This document shows positions 1 to 8,303 of a DNA stretch of 23,069 nucleotides, one piece after another. The DNA is taken from contig CAJWCD010000047.1 in the NCBI GenBank assembly GCA_913020725.1, positions 1 to 23,069 on the forward strand, in the 5' to 3' direction. The position numbers and the translations under genes are program-made. The notes beneath the pieces were generated by a model that did no database searches, was not told where the DNA came from, and was given only the letters and a program-made list of their open reading frames with translations. The DNA is from an uncultured Pseudomonadota bacterium. GTDB lineage: Bacteria > SAR324 > NAC60-12. How positions within the stretch are numbered: the first letter of the stretch is position 1; each line of letters opens with the position of its first letter.

Positions 1-2372
1 CTGGTCGTCTTCGTCCCCGCGCGCGCCGCGTACTCCCACTCCGCCTCCGTCGGCAAACGGAAACGCTTCCCGCTGCGGGCGTTGAGCTTTTTGATGAACT
101 CCTGAATGTCATTCCAACTCACCTGTTCCACCGGAAGATCGTTGCCTCTGAATTTTGAGGGGTTGCTCCCCATCACCGCCTGCCACTGCGCTTGTGTCAC
201 CTCCGTCTCCCCCAGCCAGAACACGTCCACCCGAACCGTGTGCGGCGTCTCGTCATCGTACCGCCCCTGCTCTGAGGACGAGCTACCCATCCGGAAACTG
301 CCGCCGGGGATTTTCTGGAACTTCATGCCGGTGACGGATTCGGTCCATGCGGAATTTGCTTCAAGGTAGGCTTGCAGTTCGCGCAGCCCCTCGGCATCCT
401 CTCCGGAGCTTTGCCAGTGGGTCAGCCGTGCTTCCGCATTGTCAAGGTCTCCGGAGTCAATCAGCGAGCGCACCTCGCGGCGGCGGTTGGCCATGCGCTG
501 GCGTTCCGCTTTCATGCGTTGCAGTTCGGCATTCTTCTGGAGCTTGAGGTAGGCTTGCAGTTCGTCGAGGTTGCTGGGCGTGTCGCCCGTGGCCTCCCAC
601 TTGGCCAGTGCGCTCTCGGCGTCATTGAAGCGTTTCTGGTTGATGAGGAAGGTGATGCGCTTCCACTCGCGCTCGCGGGCCTCGGCGTGGCGTTCGCGTT
701 TGAGGCGATGGAGTTCGGAAAGCGTGGCCTGTGGCGCGTCTCCGGAAGCTTCCCACAGCACCAGAGCCTCTTCGGCCTTCCCAAAGCGCTTGGCGTCAAT
801 GAGGGCGCGAATCTGCCGTTCCTTGATCTTCACCTGCTTTTTGCGGAGGGCATCGGCATCGGCCCCGTAGCTGGCGGCTTTTTCATAGTTTGCTAGGGCT
901 GCGTCGTAGTCTTGCGCCTGCAGCCGTCGGTCGCCCTCGGCCAGCAGCCACGCGGCGGCTTGTTTGCGGATTTTGGCGACTTGCGGGGAGTCCGGCTGTT
1001 CGATTTCCAGCGCGAGCAGGGCCTCTTCGGTTTCCAAGTTCACGCCTTCTTTTTCCAGCCGTGCCGAGAGCAGCAGGATTGGGGCTTCGCGGCCTTCCGG
1101 AGTGTCCGGATGCTTAGAGACAAGGGTTTGCAGGCTTTGCTCTGCGAGTGTGGCGAGGTTGCGGTTTTTTGCCAGCCGATAGGTTTTCATCAGCTTGACG
1201 GCTTCCGGGTTGGAGGCGGGCCGCTTTTCAGCAACAGCGTCCGGAGCCGCCACGGTGGCCGCAGGCGCGGAAGTTCCGGTGAGAAAGGCGATTTCGGATT
1301 CGGCACGTTGGCGCAGGCTTTCATCCTCCGCACTGAAGGGATTATCTTCTCCATACTTGCCGAGAAACTGTTCCCAACGGACGGTGATGGTGTCCAGTTG
1401 CGACTGTTGTTGGGTTTGTGCTGCGGCGAATTCCAAGCGCATTTGTTGCTGTCGTTCGGCCCAGCGTGTGCGATCGGGGTCGCCGAGCATGAAGACGAAA
1501 TCCCCCTTGTCAAGGTTGGGGTTCCTGATCTTGCCGTACTGCGGATGCTGTGCGCCCTTGGAGTAGTTGACCACGGAGTCCTGCAAGAACTGCCCAAGTT
1601 CGGTGCCGGAGAGGTAGCCGTCCCCGTTGGAGTCGCCCTCGCCTTCAAGCGCGGCGACGAACTGGCTGCGGAAGATGCTCTGGTCGGGCACGGTTTCCTC
1701 CGCGCTGCCGGAGGTGATGAACTGGCGGACGGGCTTGGCGGTCTTGTAGTTGATGCTCTCCGGGATGGCGCGACTGAGCGCGAAGAGCGAGCCGGAGAAG
1801 CAGGCGTCGAAGAGGAAGAGCGCGTGTTTGGCGTCAATGTTGAGCGCGTACTCCTCGATGCGCTGCATGCTCATCGCCACGCGCTTGAAGCGCCGCGCCT
1901 CGCGCTCGCCGAGGGTGGGCACCGGAGCGTCGATGGGCACGAGGTAGCCCAGCGGCTCACCCCCGAACTTGGGCTGCACCGTGTGCCCGTGTCCCGCGAA
2001 GTAGAAGAGCAGGCGGTTTTCCGGGTTGCCCCCGTGCTCTTCGATGAAGCCCTCAAAAGCATCGTCGAGCATGTCCTGATCAGGATCGAGGACGGTTTGC
2101 ACGGAAAAGCCGTTCTTTTCCAGCGCGGCGGCCACGTCGGTAACGTCCCGCTTCACTCCGGGAAGCTTGGGCCAGTGTTCGTAGGCGCTCACGCCGATCA
2201 CGAGCGCGTGGCTCTGCTCGTAAAGACCGATGGCCTCACCTGCCGCCGTCTTGATCTCGACGCGCTTGACGCCCCGCGATTCAGCAGCAAGGTCGGGAAG
2301 GGTGGACAGGAAGACCGCCAGCGTCAGCAGCAGCCAGCCGAGAGTCTCGTGCAGTTGGGATCGTCGTCGCAT
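1..2372 (-). CDS. Exported caspase-family (peptidase C14) + helical/TPR-like repeats + FGE-sulfatase (SUMF1-like) domain protein; 3' end outside window
   Basis: Translated by hand; not in the ORF track because it has no stop in the window. ATG at 2372 with GGAGG RBS. N-terminus MRRRSQLHETLGWLLLTLAVFLSTLPDLAAES looks like a signal peptide. Caspase motifs HALVIGVSAY, LLFYFAGHG and FLFDACFSG. FGE motifs FQKIPGGSFRMGS, GETEVTQAQW, PVEQVSWND and FRLPTEAEWEYAARAG. Confidence 0.93.
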   Translation of the reverse strand, partial: MRRRSQLHETLGWLLLTLAVFLSTLPDLAAESRGVKRVEIKTAAGEAIGLYEQSHALVIGVSAYEHWPKLPGVKRDVTDVAAALEKNGFSVQTVLDPDQDMLDDAFEGFIEEHGGNPENRLLFYFAGHGHTVQPKFGGEPLGYLVPIDAPVPTLGEREARRFKRVAMSMQRIEEYALNIDAKHALFLFDACFSGSLFALSRAIPESINYKTAKPVRQFITSGSAEETVPDQSIFRSQFVAALEGEGDSNGDGYLSGTELGQFLQDSVVNYSKGAQHPQYGKIRNPNLDKGDFVFMLGDPDRTRWAERQQQMRLEFAAAQTQQQSQLDTITVRWEQFLGKYGEDNPFSAEDESLRQRAESEIAFLTGTSAPAATVAAPDAVAEKRPASNPEAVKLMKTYRLAKNRNLATLAEQSLQTLVSKHPDTPEGREAPILLLSARLEKEGVNLETEEALLALEIEQPDSPQVAKIRKQAAAWLLAEGDRRLQAQDYDAALANYEKAASYGADADALRKKQVKIKERQIRALIDAKRFGKAEEALVLWEASGDAPQATLSELHRLKRERHAEAREREWKRITFLINQKRFNDAESALAKWEATGDTPSNLDELQAYLKLQKNAELQRMKAERQRMANRRREVRSLIDSGDLDNAEARLTHWQSSGEDAEGLRELQAYLEANSAWTESVTGMKFQKIPGGSFRMGSSSSEQGRYDDETPHTVRVDVFWLGETEVTQAQWQAVMGSNPSKFRGNDLPVEQVSWNDIQEFIKKLNARSGKRFRLPTEAEWEYAARAGTKTT
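361..816 (-). repeat. Three ~39-aa internal helical repeats within the caspase/FGE protein
   Basis: QIRALIDAKRFGKAEEALVLWEASGD, RITFLINQKRFNDAESALAKWEATGD and EVRSLIDSGDLDNAEARLTHWQSSGE. An identical 18-mer aggtaggcttgcagttcg occurs at 364-381 and 547-564. Confidence 0.8.
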
Positions 2373-2405
2373 GGGCCTCCCTAGGTGGAGTGAGGGTTCG
2401 TGCCG

Positions 2406-2435
2406 ATTCTAAACGCGAAGCCGAGCGCAGGGCAA
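2406..2435 (-). promoter_or_regulatory. Possible sigma70-type promoter for the caspase/FGE gene
   Basis: Minus strand TTGCCC-N18-TAGAAT, with the -10 box ~33 nt upstream of the ATG. Confidence 0.4.
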
Positions 2436-2514
2436 GGGGTTTGAGTTTTTGTCGCGGATTAGCATTGGCCGCACTGACGACTCCCGGTTTTGACTTCTTC
2501 TACGGACGGCCAAC

Positions 2515-3870
2515 TCAGGTCGTCCCGGTCATACGGTCCCCGAAGATGTGGAGCAGGCGGGCTTCGCATTCGGTGAGCGAGGTGTGTTCCTGCATGTCCT
2601 GAAGCGCGTACTCCTGCATCTGGGTGTTTTTGGAGAGCGCGTAGTCAATTTCGGGATTGCTCCCTTGAACGTAAGCCCCAATGTTGATGAGGTCTTCGGC
2701 TTCCCGGTAGGTGGCGAGAGTGCGGCGGTAGATTTGTGCGAGCTTGAGGTGCTGTTCGGTGGCGACATCCACCATCACCCGACTGGAGGAATTGAGAATG
2801 TCCACGGCGGGGTAGATGCCTTTGGCGGCGAGGTCGCGGCTGAGGACGATGTGGCCGTCCACAATTGCTCGGATGGCATCTCCGATAGGATCGTTGAGGT
2901 CATCGCCTTCGACCAGCACGGTGTAGAACCCCGTGATCGAACCCGTGCCCTCGTGGGTTCCCGCTCGCTCCAGCAATCTGGGCAGCAGGTTGTAAACGGA
3001 GGGCGGGTAGCCCTTGGTCGTGGGCGGCTCTCCGGCGGCAAGGCCGATTTCGCGTTGCGCCATTGCAAAGCGCGTGAGCGAGTCCATCGCCAGCAGCACG
3101 TCCTGCCCTTCGTTACGGAAATACTCCGCGATTGCCGTGGCGACAAACGCCCCACGCATCCGCAGCAGAGGCGGTTGGTCGGAGGTGGCGACCACGACCA
3201 CGGAGCGTTTCAGCCCCCCCTCGCCAAGATTGTCCTCAATGAACTCCCGGACTTCCTTGCCGCGTTCACCGATCAGCGAAATCACGGTGATGTCTGCGTC
3301 CGTGTAGCGGGCCATCATGCCGAGCAGCACCGACTTGCCCACACCGGACCCTGCCATGATGCCGATGCGCTGACCCCGCCCGCACATCAAGCAAGCGTTG
3401 ATGGCGCGGATACCCACGTCAAGGGGACGCTTGATGCGCTTGCGAGAGAGCGGGTTGATCGCTTCCGGATAAAGCGGGATTTCGGAGTTGACGAGCAGTT
3501 CGCCCTTGCCGTCCATCGGGCGCATCAGCGGGTCAATCACCCGGCCCAGCAACCCGTGGCCGATCGGCACCATCGCCGGGCGGTCTTCCGGAATGACCCG
3601 GCATTTTGGGCCAAGGTTGTGGGCGTGCTGCAAGGGCATCACCAGCACGCGCTTGTTCCGCAACCCCACGACCTCGGCAGGAATGCTGACCCCGCTTTGG
3701 GGGTTGTGGATCAGGCACATGCTGCCGACCGTGCAGCCGGGATTCGCCGATTCCACCATGTGCCCGACCACCTGCGTCACCCGTCCTTCCCGACGCAGCG
3801 GCACAAAACGCTCCAGCGGCGCGTGGTACGTCCCCAAGGAATTGTGAACAGGAAGCGTGGAATCTGTCAT
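2515..3870 (-). CDS. fliI: Flagellar export ATPase FliI (FliI/YscN family)
   Basis: Walker A IMAGSGVGKS, LIGERGKEVREF, DSLTRFAMAQREIGLAAGEPPTTKGYPPS, DGHIVLSRDLA and EDLINIGAY; directly downstream of fliH. Confidence 0.95.
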   Translation of the reverse strand: MTDSTLPVHNSLGTYHAPLERFVPLRREGRVTQVVGHMVESANPGCTVGSMCLIHNPQSGVSIPAEVVGLRNKRVLVMPLQHAHNLGPKCRVIPEDRPAMVPIGHGLLGRVIDPLMRPMDGKGELLVNSEIPLYPEAINPLSRKRIKRPLDVGIRAINACLMCGRGQRIGIMAGSGVGKSVLLGMMARYTDADITVISLIGERGKEVREFIEDNLGEGGLKRSVVVVATSDQPPLLRMRGAFVATAIAEYFRNEGQDVLLAMDSLTRFAMAQREIGLAAGEPPTTKGYPPSVYNLLPRLLERAGTHEGTGSITGFYTVLVEGDDLNDPIGDAIRAIVDGHIVLSRDLAAKGIYPAVDILNSSSRVMVDVATEQHLKLAQIYRRTLATYREAEDLINIGAYVQGSNPEIDYALSKNTQMQEYALQDMQEHTSLTECEARLLHIFGDRMTGTT

Positions 3871-3873
3871 CGG

Positions 3874-4992
3874 TCACGCAGGCGTGGACGACTCCGCTTC
3901 CGGAACGGAGGTCGCTGAGTCTGCTTCGGCAGAGCTTTCGGTAGCAGCGGGGGAGGACGATGGAGCCTCCGCAGGAGTTTGGGAATCCGCAGAGCGTGGG
4001 GTGAAGTCGTAAGCATCCATCTCGACCTCGTGCATGCGGGCGTGTTGTTCAGAGAGGTGGTCCACCAAGATGCGGTCCAGCCGCTCAAGCTGATTCTGGA
4101 AGGTGAACTCGACGCTGGTTTCGTCACCCTCCACGAGGATTGACCCCGGAGTCGCATCAAGGCTGGCCCTGATGGTCAGAGTCTGCTCCTCGCCCAAGTA
4201 GCGCTCCAAATCCGTTTCGCTGTTGAGCAGGAACTCATAGTCTTGGGGATGCAGGTAGAGGTGGATTTTGCCATGCTCCTCCACCTCCTTGAGGGCAGAG
4301 CGGGCGAGGTTTTCTATCACTTTCGGGTTGACAGCGAGTTCTTCCATCACCACCTGCCTCGTGAGGTTCTGTGTCAGTCGTACCAGTTCCTCCTCTCCCT
4401 GCTGGCGAACCGTCTGCCGCAAGGTCCGGAGTTGCTCAATGACCTCCACAACCTGCAATCCCAGCACCTCGGTCTCGGCGTAGCGCTGCTGCGTCCCTTG
4501 CTCCAACCCGGATTCAAACCCCTCCTGATAGGCGGCATCCCGGATGCTCTGGACCTCGGACTCTGCGGCTTGGATAGCGGAGGACCGCTCTTCCTCGGCA
4601 CGGGTTTTGAGGTGTTCTGCCTCCTTGCGGATCCGTTCCGCTTCGCGGTTGAGGTCTTCGGTTTTCCCCACCAAACCTTGGCGGTAGGTGTCGGCTTCGT
4701 CCCGGATTGACGCCGCGTAGGCTTCTGCGTTGGTGAGCAGGCTGTCTTCGCGGACAAAGGATTCGCTGGAGAAGGTTTCAGCGAGCTTGGTGCGCTCCTC
4801 CTCGGCTTGAGTTTCGCCCCCCTCCAAGTCTTCGGAAATGAGGGCTTCCTCCTCAAACTCGATCAGGGCAAAATCACCAGAAGGTTCCGGAGGAGGAGGT
4901 GACACCGCGCCTGCCCCCTGCCCAGCACCTTTCGAGGACAGCGCCTCGAAATCCTCTGCGGTGAAGGCTTGGAATCCTGATTCTTCAGGCAT
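3874..4992 (-). CDS. fliH: Flagellar assembly protein FliH (FliH/SctL family) with acidic N- and C-terminal extensions
   Basis: AYQEGFESGLEQG (AxxxGxxxG motif), a coiled coil and IHLYLHPQD...GSILVE; lies between fliF and fliI. ATG 4992 is preferred to the ORF-track start at 5028, which falls inside an intergenic hairpin. Confidence 0.85.
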   Translation of the reverse strand: MPEESGFQAFTAEDFEALSSKGAGQGAGAVSPPPPEPSGDFALIEFEEEALISEDLEGGETQAEEERTKLAETFSSESFVREDSLLTNAEAYAASIRDEADTYRQGLVGKTEDLNREAERIRKEAEHLKTRAEEERSSAIQAAESEVQSIRDAAYQEGFESGLEQGTQQRYAETEVLGLQVVEVIEQLRTLRQTVRQQGEEELVRLTQNLTRQVVMEELAVNPKVIENLARSALKEVEEHGKIHLYLHPQDYEFLLNSETDLERYLGEEQTLTIRASLDATPGSILVEGDETSVEFTFQNQLERLDRILVDHLSEQHARMHEVEMDAYDFTPRSADSQTPAEAPSSSPAATESSAEADSATSVPEAESSTPA

Positions 4993-5017
4993 GGGAGCAG
5001 TAGAGAAGCGGCAACGG

Positions 5018-5051
5018 CCTCGCTGCAACCCAACACGGGTTGCAGGCGGGG
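5018..5051. other. GC-rich stem-loop between fliF and fliH
   Basis: Perfect 9-bp stem ctgcaaccc (5023-5031) / gggttgcag (5037-5045) with a 5-nt loop, extendable with a bulge; directly after the fliF stop; no U-tract. Confidence 0.6.
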
Positions 5052-6668
5052 TTATTTCTTATCACGCAGCCAAGTGCGGACAAGGGCTGCCGTTTTGAGC
5101 GAATCCTGTTTGGCGATTTCGAGAATTTTCTCTCGTGGTGGAATTCCGGATTCGCGCTCGGTTGGAATTTCCAGCTCTTCGCCTTCAAGTTCGCCAATCG
5201 TCGCAGGCAGTCCCATCAGCAGGTCAAGGTCCGCAGGCTTGGCTGCCAACCGCTGCACCATTGGGCGGATCACGAGGGTGATGAGGGCGACTACAGCAAC
5301 ACCGAGGGCAGAATAGCGCACCACATCAAGGATGAACTGGTTGCGGACCCGGTCAGATTCAAGTTCGAGTTCCTTGCTTTCCTCGAGAGCCTTCCCGAAG
5401 GGCAGGTTCCCAACGTAAATGTTGTCGCCCCGAGGTTCATTGTAGCCAATGGCCGCCTTGACGAGGTTGGTGATGACCTCCTTCTCGGTCTCCGTCCAGC
5501 GGATGTTATCCCGCCCAATCGAGTTCCCGTCTTCGTCCAGAATGTGTGGGCGTTTGTTGTCCAGCAGCACGGAGACACTGACCCGGGTCAGGGTGCCCGG
5601 CGCACTCTCCTTAATGACCTCACGACGGCTGCTCTCGAAGTTTTTTGTGGAGTTCTTTTTAACGAACTCAGAAACGGTCGCAGCTTCTCGACCTGTTGCT
5701 TCCGGAAGGTTCGTGGTCACACCAGAGGGGCCGACTGGCACCGAGCGCGACCCCACTGAACTCTCATCAACTATCTGCTCGCTGATCACGCTCGTCTGGT
5801 CCGGATCAATCAAGTGTTCCTTGATCGTCTGGCGGTCGAAGAGCATGGTTGCTGCGACAATCACCTTGACTCGCGCCTCGCCCACAACCTCCTCAAGCTG
5901 TTTCGCGATCTTCACCTCCAGTTCTTTCTCGAACTTGCTCTGGTGCGCGTAGTTGTCGCCAACATTGCCTCCGGCAGACCGATCCGAGACTCCTTTGCTG
6001 AGCAGTTTTCCGGACTGGTCCGTGATCCGGACGTTGTTCGGGTTGAGGGAGGCGACCGCACCAGCGACCAAGTGGATGACGGTTTCCACCTGCCCACGGT
6101 TGATACCATTTCCGGAAAGGGTGAGCGCAACTGCTGCAGTGGTGTCTTCCTGCTCATCGGAAAACAGCGTTTTCTGTGGAATCGCCAGCGAAACCTTGGC
6201 GGAGCGTATGACATCAAGCTGAGAGATGAGCCGCGCCAGTTCCCCCTCCTGTGCGATACGGTACTTCACTTGTTGCTGAAACTCGGTTTCGCCTAAACTC
6301 GGAGTTCCAAAGAGGTCCATGAAGCCCACCCCGCCTCCAGGAGTCACGCGCTCGCGGGCGAGGGTCAGCCGTGCCTGATCCACCATTTGCGGGTCAACCA
6401 GTACCCCCCGGCCTCCCGGCGCAAGCAGGTACGGAATCTGGTTTTCTTGGAGTTTCTCGACGATGCGTGCCGCATCGGTAGGGTCGAGATTCGTGTAGAG
6501 CGGCGCCCAAGACGGACGGTTGGCAACGATGATCAAACTCACCATGCCGATGAGCACCACCGCTAACGCTCCTAGTAGCGTGATGCGCTTGCCAAGACTC
6601 AGCGCTCCGAAGAAGTCTTGAAACTGGAGTCGGACATCCTGAAGGATATTTGCTTGTTCAGCAGCCAT
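5052..6668 (-). CDS. fliF: Flagellar MS-ring protein FliF
   Basis: N-terminal TM helix, LYTNLDPTDAARIVEKL, GFMDLF...GETEFQQQVKYRIAQEGELAR, LVAGAVASLNPNNVRITDQSGKLLS, a second TM helix and the C-terminal AALVRTWL FliG-binding-type end. Confidence 0.95.
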   Translation of the reverse strand: MAAEQANILQDVRLQFQDFFGALSLGKRITLLGALAVVLIGMVSLIIVANRPSWAPLYTNLDPTDAARIVEKLQENQIPYLLAPGGRGVLVDPQMVDQARLTLARERVTPGGGVGFMDLFGTPSLGETEFQQQVKYRIAQEGELARLISQLDVIRSAKVSLAIPQKTLFSDEQEDTTAAVALTLSGNGINRGQVETVIHLVAGAVASLNPNNVRITDQSGKLLSKGVSDRSAGGNVGDNYAHQSKFEKELEVKIAKQLEEVVGEARVKVIVAATMLFDRQTIKEHLIDPDQTSVISEQIVDESSVGSRSVPVGPSGVTTNLPEATGREAATVSEFVKKNSTKNFESSRREVIKESAPGTLTRVSVSVLLDNKRPHILDEDGNSIGRDNIRWTETEKEVITNLVKAAIGYNEPRGDNIYVGNLPFGKALEESKELELESDRVRNQFILDVVRYSALGVAVVALITLVIRPMVQRLAAKPADLDLLMGLPATIGELEGEELEIPTERESGIPPREKILEIAKQDSLKTAALVRTWLRDKK

Positions 6669-6711
6669 TTTGTCTGCGTTTTTTGCTAAAGGTCAAAGAC
6701 ATCCTGTCTGC

Positions 6712-6742
6712 GTTATAGTTCCGGAAATCGACAATTCGTCAA
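6712..6742 (-). promoter_or_regulatory. Possible sigma70-like promoter for fliF
   Basis: Minus strand TTGACG-N19-TATAAC in the AT-rich divergent intergenic region; the spacer is longer than optimal. Confidence 0.3.
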
Positions 6743-6859
6743 AAGTACCCATTATCTTGCCGAATTCATAAGGCTGGCACAACATATAACTGGTCTCATC
6801 ATTAAGAACAAGGAAGAAACACCATTTTCTGAAATTTTTCCACAAGCAAAAACGATTCC

Positions 6860-8152
6860 ATGCCCGACATCCCTGTTCCAGTTCCGATGAATAAACTCAC
6901 CTCTTTTTGCATTCTGACCACCACCTGCCTTGGCGGAGTCTCCTTTCTGGCCTTCAACAACGGTTTCCTACTGGCTTTCCTCTCGCGCCTTGAAATGAGC
7001 GGATCTGAAATCCTGACCCTGCTGGCACTACCGTTGATGGTTCAATTCGTGTTGGTCATGCCGTTCGGGTACCTCTCGGACTGGTTTGGCAAGAAGTTCA
7101 TCGGCCTGCTGGGGATGGTGTTTTCCGGATTGGGGTTGTTTTTGCTCACCTTTGCGGGGGTTGCACCTTTCCAGCCAACCCGTGTCATCATCATCGTTGG
7201 CATCGTTGCCTTCGGTGTGGGAACCGCTATGTCCCACTCCAACTGGTTCGCCTTGCTGGACCCTTTGGTTACCGAAGCAACACGGGGCCGTTTTTTCGGA
7301 AAACTCCGGCTCACTTGGCAGGGGTTCGGAGTGGGCTGCTTTGTGCTGGTCGCACTGATGCTGGAGCGTTTTCCGGAACTGGAAACCTACCGCATCGTCT
7401 TAGGGATTCTTGCGCTGTTCGGATTTGTGCGCATGATCTTCTTTTTCCAGATTCCAGAATTGGAACAGCCCAAGCCTCCGAGTGAACCCCTCTGGAGTTC
7501 GCTGAAAAAAGTCATCAAGCTGCCGGGTTATCTTCCGTTTTGCTCCTACTGTTTTCTGCTCTCGCTCTTCACCGCTTCAAGCCCTCAGCTTTTTGGTCTA
7601 CTGGAAAAGGAGGTTCTACAGCTTTCTGACGATCAACTTGTGATGTTGGGAAACCTGATGGTCGCTGGAGCACTCATCGGCTTTGTGGTGGGCGGCAACA
7701 TGGTGGACCGCATCGGCACGAAATATGTCTTCCTGTTCTGCCACTTCGGCTACGGGATTGTCCTGCTCAGCCTGCTCATGCGCGGCGGGTTTCCAGTTCC
7801 GGTCATTTGGGTCGCAGGATTCGTCTCCACCGGATTCGGCTTTGTGCAAGCCGCCTCCAGCATTGCGATGACCTCCGAGATCCTCTACCTCATTCCCAAG
7901 GAGAACAAGTCGCTCGCCACGGGCTTCTGGCTGACCCTCTGGAGCGGAGGTTCCGGGCTTTCCGGGGTGCTGTTCGGACAGTTGCTTGGTATCGGCATCC
8001 TCAGTTCCGACTGGGTCTTGTTCGGACAAACCCTGAGCCAGTACGATGGTATGCTGCTGCTCTCTGGAGGCATGATTGTGCTGCTAACGGTCACGCTGGG
8101 ACTGATCCCCTCCGTGATCCGTGTGGCGCAGTGGATTCCGCAAGGCACCTGA
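6860..8152 (+). CDS. MFS transporter, substrate unknown
   Basis: About 12 hydrophobic segments; motif A-like GYLSDWFGKK and GNMVDRIGTK; RGRFFG after TM4. Alternative start at ATG 6887. Confidence 0.88.
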   Translation: MPDIPVPVPMNKLTSFCILTTTCLGGVSFLAFNNGFLLAFLSRLEMSGSEILTLLALPLMVQFVLVMPFGYLSDWFGKKFIGLLGMVFSGLGLFLLTFAGVAPFQPTRVIIIVGIVAFGVGTAMSHSNWFALLDPLVTEATRGRFFGKLRLTWQGFGVGCFVLVALMLERFPELETYRIVLGILALFGFVRMIFFFQIPELEQPKPPSEPLWSSLKKVIKLPGYLPFCSYCFLLSLFTASSPQLFGLLEKEVLQLSDDQLVMLGNLMVAGALIGFVVGGNMVDRIGTKYVFLFCHFGYGIVLLSLLMRGGFPVPVIWVAGFVSTGFGFVQAASSIAMTSEILYLIPKENKSLATGFWLTLWSGGSGLSGVLFGQLLGIGILSSDWVLFGQTLSQYDGMLLLSGGMIVLLTVTLGLIPSVIRVAQWIPQGT

Positions 8153-8303
8153 GCTTCTGAATGGACCGTTTTCAGAAACACTCAAAAGACTGGTAATTGC
8201 AGATGGGGAATGGTAACTTAGAGCTTTCCGGCTGAAATGAGCCAAGCGCCTCCAAGCAACCACCCCAGACTCTGGAGCGGAAACAAGCGCAGACTGAAAC
8301 ATT

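Noticed and set aside
1..345. DGR variable region in the FGE domain
   Set aside because: The C-terminal part where a VR would lie is outside the window, and no template repeat or reverse transcriptase is visible here.
912..2384. 490-aa plus-strand ORF
   Set aside because: Antisense shadow of the caspase/FGE gene, which has the RBS, signal peptide and catalytic motifs; this ORF has no recognisable motif.
2548..3918. 456-aa plus-strand ORF
   Set aside because: Antisense shadow of fliI, expected from GC-rich codon bias.
4993..5051. Remnant or small fliG between fliF and fliH
   Set aside because: Only 59 bp, with no FliG-like peptide visible.
6775..6792. Sigma54-like TGGCAC upstream of the MFS gene
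   Set aside because: No GC at the -12 position (TGGCACAACATATAAC).
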